Assembly (NCBI GenBank): GCA_964016885.1
Contig: OZ024741.1
Location: 138,260,001-138,324,000 of the forward strand
DNA length: 64,000 nt
Reading direction: 5' to 3'
DNA from: Eledone cirrhosa
Lineage: Eukaryota
Below, piece after piece: positions 56,723-64,000 of this stretch (position 1 is its first letter; each line of letters begins with the position of its first letter). The translations under genes were made by a program, and so were the position numbers. Below the pieces are notes generated by a model, which did not search any database, had not been told where the DNA came from, and worked only from the letters and a program-made list of their open reading frames with translations.

Positions 56723-57679
56723 TTAGTAGTAGTACTTATATTAGTTGTAGTAGCAGAAGAAGCAGTAACAGTAATAGTAGTGATGGCAGTGGTAGTTATG
56801 ATACATGTCCATTAATGGCTTAGAACACATATCTGTCTGAATATATCAACTGTAATTTATAAACAATGAGTATTGCAACACCAATATTGGAATCTACAGC
56901 CACATACGACTTCATTTACTCTCTGTTAACATACGCCAATTGTATTAAACCCTCAGCTGAACGATATACCTGCACAATATATTTCAAGGCTAAAAAATAT
57001 CAATTGTCTCCACAAGGATAACATTAGTAAATAATAGAATGCGTTCATTTCTTGTAGGATGCATTGCACATCATGACAAAATCAGATTGATGGCTTATCA
57101 CAAACCTGTCTGAAGAAATGTCGTTGGTTAATGCATACGCATTGTTCCGTCAAACGTGTCAGAATTAGTGCAAATGTATAGTTATCTTAACAGAACTCAT
57201 ATACAGAGGGAATTAAAGCATTTGAGATAACTTCATTGTAAAGAAGTATAATTTGCTAATACTAAGTAACCAATATTAACTCTAGATTCTGTGAACGAAA
57301 AGTTCTAGTGATCATTCTTCCGAAATAGTAATGGAAGTAGCGATGTAATTGAAAAAAAAATCCCATCATCATCATTACCACCATTATTATTATTAGTAGT
57401 AGTTGTACTGGTTGTTGAAGTAAGAAGGCATGATTTGTGAGCTCGTGTGTTTTCTCATTATTTCTATTATTAAATAAGGTTTTATATCTGAAATGTTATT
57501 ATTGTTTTGGAGATAAAGGACTCAGCTTCCATGTGAGGTGGTACGTTTTTCTATATTTGCAGCCCTTCATGAGTAAATTGGTGACTTTTTTTCAAATACG
57601 TTATCAAAATTTTGAAAAATAACAAAATCAAACAACGCTAACGTCAAAATTCATCCGCGAAACAGAACAGTGGTTTGTT

Positions 57680-59200
57680 TAATCGAGGCATTAGCGAAGA
57701 ATTTCGCGATTGCACCATTCCAAACACAGCCATCAATGACAACCTCCATCACATGCAATACGCCATGAAGAGGTTAGCTAAGGAAATTGCATGGGTGGGG
57801 ATCTAATAAATTTAGATCAATTAAAAGCATTCTATAGGGTCGAACATTGGTATCTGGTGGCGGTCTTCAAAGCAGCCCGCTTTGGTCCTGTCTACAGGGG
57901 TAGATCTCTGCAATATACAACGATATTTGCTATGTCGTTAAAGTGAACGATCAGCTCAACGAAGCGTTTAATATCATGCTCTTAAACCACCAATGATGTC
58001 CTCCCTCGTCACTGTTATAAGTATTGACTCTAGAGCAAATACACCAATACTATACAAATCGGAGACGTTGATGGGCATCCATTTGAACTAGGATGCCGGA
58101 GAAACGTGTCAACTTATGCGTACGTTGTCACCGTAGTGTTGTTGAGCGCCAAATATATCGAGGTGATCGACACGACACTCAGCAAATTGGAGCATCCATT
58201 CTTCAACTTCGTGTGAACGAGACAGGTTCCACTGATGAGGTGCTCCATCTGCTGTCAACACCCGCAGCGTGGAGGACTAGGCATGCCATGGCTGGCATTC
58301 TAGGCAAGTTTATCTCCATCTTGTTTCTCTGACGGAGACGCAACCCTGGGTCAAGCAGAAATCGAGGGCGACCATTTATAGGCTAGTATGTTTTCTACGC
58401 TCACAGCACACAGCCAAACGGGCATAGCTAACGGTGGAAACTCCACCTTGGTCTTCTACAGAGGGTTAATGATGGGTAAAAGCGACCACATTCTAGGAGA
58501 AAATCCGGGCGTTGAGGAAAATCAACCAGTCAATCTCTTCCGCAGCACTTTCAGTCCAGTGCCCATGGACAACTTACTGAAATATCTCGCATGATAGTGC
58601 TAATGGGACTTCTGCCGATTCGAGATAAACTCTACATCCACGGAAGTTCGGTTAGACGGACCTGCCCCAGTTGCGCGCAGTAAGTCGAGAACATTCGGCA
58701 CGCACTCTCCCAGTGTCCATGCATTACTGACTTGTGGGATTAAGTCCAAAAGCCCGTTTTCGCGTGTAGGATGTATCCGGCTATGAACCGAGACCATAGT
58801 GAAGATGCTCCCACCGTCAACATTTTCAAGTTTCACTTTGATAGGAAGGTTGTGGTATAGAGTGAAGTGCTGCACCGCCAGTACATTTGCTAAAAGCTGG
58901 TTGAATGCTGCGAGAATGGCTCATGTGAATTGACGTACACTTGAGCATGCACCTGTAGGCTGGTTGTTTTGAAAAAGAGAGGAGTGCACTCGTAGCGTCG
59001 GGTGGTTCAGGATTGGGTGGGTTCCCGAGTCACTGTCGGGTCGTTCTCCCCCCTATTGGAGAAGTCTGTCGTTTACATTATTTTGTTAATTCCTTTTGTC
59101 ATTTTTTCACACTATTTTATCTAAACCCTCATTGTCCCAGTCTTTGTATTTTCCTCTATGTTCAGCCCTTGTGGCCAATATAAGAAATCATTATAATCAT
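57680..59200 (+). mobile_element. Old decayed Tx1/L1-clade LINE, 3' part, with (ATT)n tail
   Basis: NLHHMQY, LINLDQLKAF, ICCQHP..GGLGMPWL, FRSTFSPVPMDN remnants; 3' GCCCTTGTGGCCAATATAAGAAAT+ATT repeats. Confidence 0.85.
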
Positions 59201-60381
59201 CATTATTATTATTGTCATTATTATTATTAGTGTTCTGGTGTTGGTATTATTAGTAGTCAAGATGAAGCGGGCCTTATAATATAATTTATTTTTAGTTTTA
59301 GATTTGGATTTTTATAATCAATAGGATAATCATTAGGTTCGATAATGTAATTTATTAAATTCAATACAGCACATTCCCTATTGGAATAGGACATTTAAAA
59401 GACAGATAAAAACTAGGGCAACTAAATTGTATTCCTTGCTGAAATTAATAAATGGAATATACTCACGATTAGTATTTCACGGTTAATCGTTTCATATACA
59501 ACGGAATCCACATATTATAGTTGAATATGGAATAGAAATAATGTGTGGCTGTTGTCCTGACCCTGGAATTTCTAACACATGCATAAATATACTGTAGAAT
59601 CAAAACGACAGCTTTATTCTTTCTCGGATGGCAGGATTTCGTCAGTTTTGATGATGAATGCTAGTTCTTGATCAAGTTTACAGAAATAAACATTCATGTA
59701 GCTGACACGTGTATTATTAACGTAATTCTCATGGCGGTTCAGGGAGACTGGGTATAGGTAAGGATAGCCCATTATGTTATACGTACAGTCCATCGGATAG
59801 TCTATCAACCAGTGTTTACTGTTAAGTCAGTCATGGGTCTACCAGAAGCTATGTTAGATTATATTCGCGCAAGTTAGCCCGCAGTGGGACTACGTTCAGA
59901 AGCTTCTGATTGTAACAGTAACTGCTTAACCATTAGGAAATGATACGTCATCAATCTTTTTAATCGGTTGTTTGATTCTTAAAAAGAGAAGCTTCAGTTA
60001 AACGTTTGTATATCATGCAGGGTGTTATGATATATCGAAATTTAATTCCATGATAGATTGAAAGGAGAAAATGAAGAGAAAATAAACCATGAATATAAAT
60101 TACCGAACAAACACCAGTGAGACTTGCAAATTTTACTGCAGCGTATATGTCAATATTATATTGCATATTTATTTCCATAGGGTTGTTAAATCTCTAATTA
60201 GATATGAATAACATTGTGTCTCATCACTTTCAAATTATATGACAAAAATTGCAACCAGCTTTGTAATACTTAGGGGTGAAATTAGAACTCGGATAAAGCT
60301 GATAAGATTCTAGATAAGAAAATTAACATTACAATAAGTGTTAAAATATATATACATATATATATATAGAAAAAAGTATGA

Positions 60382-60475
60382 CCCCGACGGCAGAGCTCAA
60401 GCCGTTTCCACGGCTATTTCTGGACTAAATTAGAATTTTTAGCCTGGTGAATAAATGACCGAACTTGTCAAGGGT
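60382..60475 (-). ncRNA. Type I hammerhead with U3:A8 core (UUGACAA)
   Basis: Minus strand: CCC-UUGACAA-[long helix II cggucauuu/aaauagccg]-GAAACGGC-uugagcucu-GCCGUC-GGG. Confidence 0.7.
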
Positions 60476-60949
60476 ACCTCTTTATATGGGAAGATTATAG
60501 TTGTCAAGTGGATTGGTTAAAATTTGTTGTAGACACAACTAAGTCTATCATGGCATTTGGTGGGAGGTAGGGGTGGCTGAACCTGCCTGTAGAACAATAG
60601 GGGAGTGAGTGGAGCCGGTCAAGCGTTGAAATTGATAGGTATACAGCAGATTCTAAGGATAGTGTATGAAATGGAGGAGGGAGGTTATAGAATAGGTAAT
60701 TAGAATGAGAGTAGGAGACAGTAAAAGATAATAGAAATAAATAAAAAATATATGAAATTAGATAGTGAGAAATGAATTAAAAAAACCACAATGCTATCTT
60801 ACAATTACAGATTAATAAGTTGAGAATAGAAAAATATTGTAGAAATTGTAACAAAAGTGATACAAAATTGAAGGGGTCGAACACATCTGCTATAAGTAGT
60901 TAGTAAAACATATTCAGCCAATTCTATCCTAGAAAGATCACCAATAACC

Positions 60950-61790
60950 TGGCTAAAAACATCTCCCTCCACATATCTCGTTTGTCCGCTAATGAGCAGA
61001 TATTCGACGAACATGCGCCTCATTACAAGCAGGCCCTCAAGCGGAGTGACTTCCGGGAGGAAATATCCTTTTATCCAGCTTCCCTTAGCGGAACCAGCAG
61101 GCGACACCACCGCTCACGCAACGTAACGTGGTTCAATCCTCCCCATATTTCCGAAGTGGCAACACCTATCGGGAAAATCTTCTTTAGGCTCCTCGAAGAA
61201 CACTTCCCACTACAACACCGCTACCACAACATAATCAACAAAAACACGATCAAACTCTCCTACAGCACCACACCTAACTTTGCACAAAACATCGTCTCCT
61301 CAAACAACAAAAAACTCAACCCCTATGGAAGAAACAACCTAGACATCAGTGGAGAGCCGACCAGGAGGTGTAAATGCCCTGATAGATCTACGTGCCCCCT
61401 CAAAAACAAATGCCGAGAACGTAACGTGGTCTACCAGTGCAACGTGAGAACGGACACCTCCAACAAAGCTTATATAGGATTAACCGCTTGTAACTTCAAG
61501 ACACGGCTCTACCAACACTGACATACTTTCCGAAACCCGGTGCGGCGGTATGCCACTGCACTTTCGGGCAACATCTGGGACCTCCAAGATAATAATATAA
61601 CCTACAATCTCACTTGGAGCTTACTGCCCAGAGCTAACTCTTACACGGGAGGATGCCGTCCGTGTAACTTATGCTCGGATGAAAACATTACAAATGCTGT
61701 TTTCGAAGGACCAACTCCTAAACAAGAAAGACGAACTGGTAACCGCATGCAAACACAGATTGCGTAGGACTTACCTCGCCCTCAAACCCC
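60950..61790 (+). pseudogene. PLE C-terminal linker + GIY-YIG endonuclease (one TGA, one frameshift); resembles Hydra-clade PLEs
   Basis: WFNPP, KLSYS, CKCPDRSTCPLKNKC (CxCx5C), NVVY..YIG..FKTRLYQH, IWDL, CNLC..E, LLNKKDE..CKH. The clade assignment is from memory. Confidence 0.88.
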
Positions 61791-62042
61791 ATAACGACCC
61801 AGGTGGGAGGACAAGGGCTGATCCCCCCCCCCCACACCACTTACCGAATAAGTTAGGGGAAACCCCAGCTTACATAGGTAGATGATTCTCTTTTCTTTTC
61901 CTCTATGTCTTCTTCCCCTGTCTCATCCTATCACTTCCTTCCACCCCCTATTTTCTTCCACGCCTACCCTGATGCAGCCCATCGGGCCTCTGTAGCATTT
62001 AAAAATACAGATATAAATATATATATATATATATCCATATAT

Positions 62043-62096
62043 ATAGTCTATCAAAGTTCTTTCGTTGCACATCTGCAACATCATCAGTGGTACTAT
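62043..62096 (-). ncRNA. Minimal hammerhead
   Basis: Minus strand: CUGAUGA-u-GUUGCA-gaug-UGCAAC-GAAA-GAAC-UU; imperfect helix I auagu-acca/ugau-ag-acuau. Confidence 0.65.
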
Positions 62097-62263
62097 TATT
62101 ATGTTCCCTCCTATTGTATTGTAATGTCTACGCCATTTTAATTTAATTTAATTTATTTATTCTTGACTGGCAATATTATTACAATATGACACTCCCCAAG
62201 TATAACAATATTTGTTTCGACACACGATTTCATATCAAAGACCTTGCAAAACAAATATATATA

Positions 62264-62333
<70 letters not shown>

Positions 62334-62339
62334 AAAATG

Positions 62340-63005
62340 TTCAACCTAGTCGCAGAGCTCAAGCCGTCTCGACTGCTATTTCTGGACTAAATTAGAATTT
62401 TTAGCGTGGTAATAAATAGCGGAGCTTTTCAAGGCGTAATTCCTTATATGGGAAGATTGTAGTTGTCAAAAGGATTGGTCAACATTTCTAGTATACAATT
62501 AAATCTTTCATGGCAGTGGGTGGAAGGTGGTGGTGGCTGAACTTGCCTGTAGAACAATGAGCGAGTCGGTGGAGCCGGTCAAGCGTCGAAAGTGAATTTA
62601 ATGCAGCAAATTCTGAGGAATGTGTATGAGATTAAGCTACTTAGAAAGCAGGGGAAAGAGAATTCTAGAGGAATATGAGAGTGGGAAGTTATAAAATTAA
62701 AGGGTTAATAAATTGAGATAAAAAAAAAAAAAAAAAATTAAATAGTAAAAAATAATTAAAACATTCTAGAGTCTAAAGCAGCTGTTATATTTTTAGTTAG
62801 TATTGAGTTTTCGGCCAATGCTATATATAATTTACAAGGGTGGGTGGTACTGAGGCTGCAAAAGCCCGATGGGCTGCCTCAGGGTAGGCGAAAGAGGAAA
62901 AAGGAAAAGGAAGAGGTGAGTGAGTGCAAGGAAGTGAGAGGAAGAGATAAGGGGAAAAAGAAAAGAAGTACATCTACCAATGTATGGTGGGATAAACTCC
63001 TACCT
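62340..63005 (-). mobile_element. Diverged second copy of the 60.4-62.0 kb PLE 3' end with a decayed U3:A8 hammerhead (UUGAAAA at 62426-62432)
   Basis: Colinear with 60380-60790, then antiparallel to 61855-61990. Confidence 0.8.
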
Positions 63006-63429
63006 GGACTTTGAATTCCTGAAAAATCTGACATCCTACTCTTACATTACTGACAGCTCTTCTGTACATGGCTTAGACTGCTTTTACAAGCCATTTTTCT
63101 ACACCTAAAAACAAAACCTGTCAAAGGGCAAAGAAGCTCTTAAGAGTCAATGGCCATCCAAAATCACCGGGAGAGATGACCCCTTAGCCTTTGTCAAGGC
63201 AGAATTCTAGGAGAAGGAAAACTCTGATATAACACCTGCAACCCTGATGGTATCCAATGATGTTGACTTGTTCTTCTTTTTGGTAAATATCATCTTGGTT
63301 AAGAGAGTGGGACTGGCTTTGTGCAGTGCCTTTGCTCACTATAAAAGCTTCACGGCACAGGCATTGCTTTATATCTGGAGATCTCTCTGCACTTGCCGTC
63401 ACATGGTACCATGGGCCCAGCACTATGTG

Positions 63430-63580
63430 TCAATAATTGTCACAAGTGTAGTGTTTGTACCAGAGTTTTCAAGTCGCTGGCTGAACTAAAAAGTCACACT
63501 CGTTCAGCGCTTCGGTAGGGGTTCTCCTACATGGATATAAAGTAGTGGCCGTACTCGAAAACGAGTTGGCAGCCACCATA
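63430..63580 (+). mobile_element. Probable 3' end of an RTE-like LINE
   Basis: C2H2-like CSVCTRVFKSLAELKSHTR, then terminal hairpin ACTCG-aaaa-CGAGT before (TA)n. Confidence 0.5.
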
Positions 63581-63701
63581 TACATATATATATATATTCC
63601 TATATATATATATACGTAGGTCCCGGGTTGAGTCAGGGATAACCACAGTAAGTAAGGTACTCAATACATGGCAGAGTAAAATCTTTTTATTTTATAGACG
63701 G

Positions 63702-63752
63702 AGCTTCTACAGGACTAGTACTGTTTCATTCAGATGAAATCTTCAGGAAGCT
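63702..63752 (-). ncRNA. Type I hammerhead ribozyme, intact core
   Basis: AGCUUC/GAAGCU helix I; CUGAAGA; uuc-aucu-gaa helix II; GAAACAG-uacuaguc-CUGUA; lies in a PLE terminus at 63620-63760. Confidence 0.85.
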
Positions 63753-64000
63753 GGGTGTCATATTAAGTTCTGGTATTTTTACATTTAGGTAGTAAATAAC
63801 CTAGTAAGTAATAAATAATAAATAGTAATTAATTACTTGATGATAATATTAATAACTTAATAGTGACATTAATTATTTTATCCTCTATCAGGCCCAGTTT
63901 AAAATTTAAAATTTAAAATTAAAATTTGTCCCACTAACTTTACACTATAGACACATCTATGAGTGCGAACGAGTGCGTGTTTGTGCATACGCGTTTATGT

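Larger units (their letters stand above)
60370..62010 (+). mobile_element. PLE remnant: inverted terminal segment (60370-60790) followed by GIY-YIG region and 3' UTR
   Basis: The terminal segment recurs at 62340-62760; 61855-61990 recurs inverted at 62855-63000. Confidence 0.8.

Noticed and set aside
61519-61521. In-frame TGA in GIY-YIG as possible selenocysteine (known in Naiad PLEs)
   Set aside because: The position follows the conserved His where a basic residue, not Cys, is expected. CGA-to-TGA decay is simpler, and the copy also has a frameshift.

Overview
AT-rich, microsatellite-dense metazoan non-coding DNA. It is most likely from an octopus or other coleoid cephalopod; this is inferred from the SINE family and repeat landscape, not proven. 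No convincing host gene is present, only one weak exon candidate at about 8.1-8.3 kb. The window is dominated by non-LTR retroelements that sort by microsatellite type. (i) A very young Tx1/L1-clade LINE (ORF1 plus APE-RT ORF2 with a single 1-nt homopolymer frameshift) and a near-identical 5'-truncated tandem copy sit in (TATC)n. (ii) Two tandem R4/Dong-type RT-RLE elements, older Tx1-like relatives and tRNA-derived SINEs sit in (AAT)n. (iii) Many Penelope-like element (PLE) remnants lie at (TA)n, with GIY-YIG fragments and fold-back inverted repeats. The least obvious signal is RNA structure. By hand I count about 9 intact-looking and about 9 decayed minimal type I hammerhead ribozymes from several families. 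They include families with non-canonical cores (U3:A8; C at position 4) and palindromic helix III, often placed as sense/antisense pairs in inverted repeats. All calls come from reading the sequence by eye; no searches were run.
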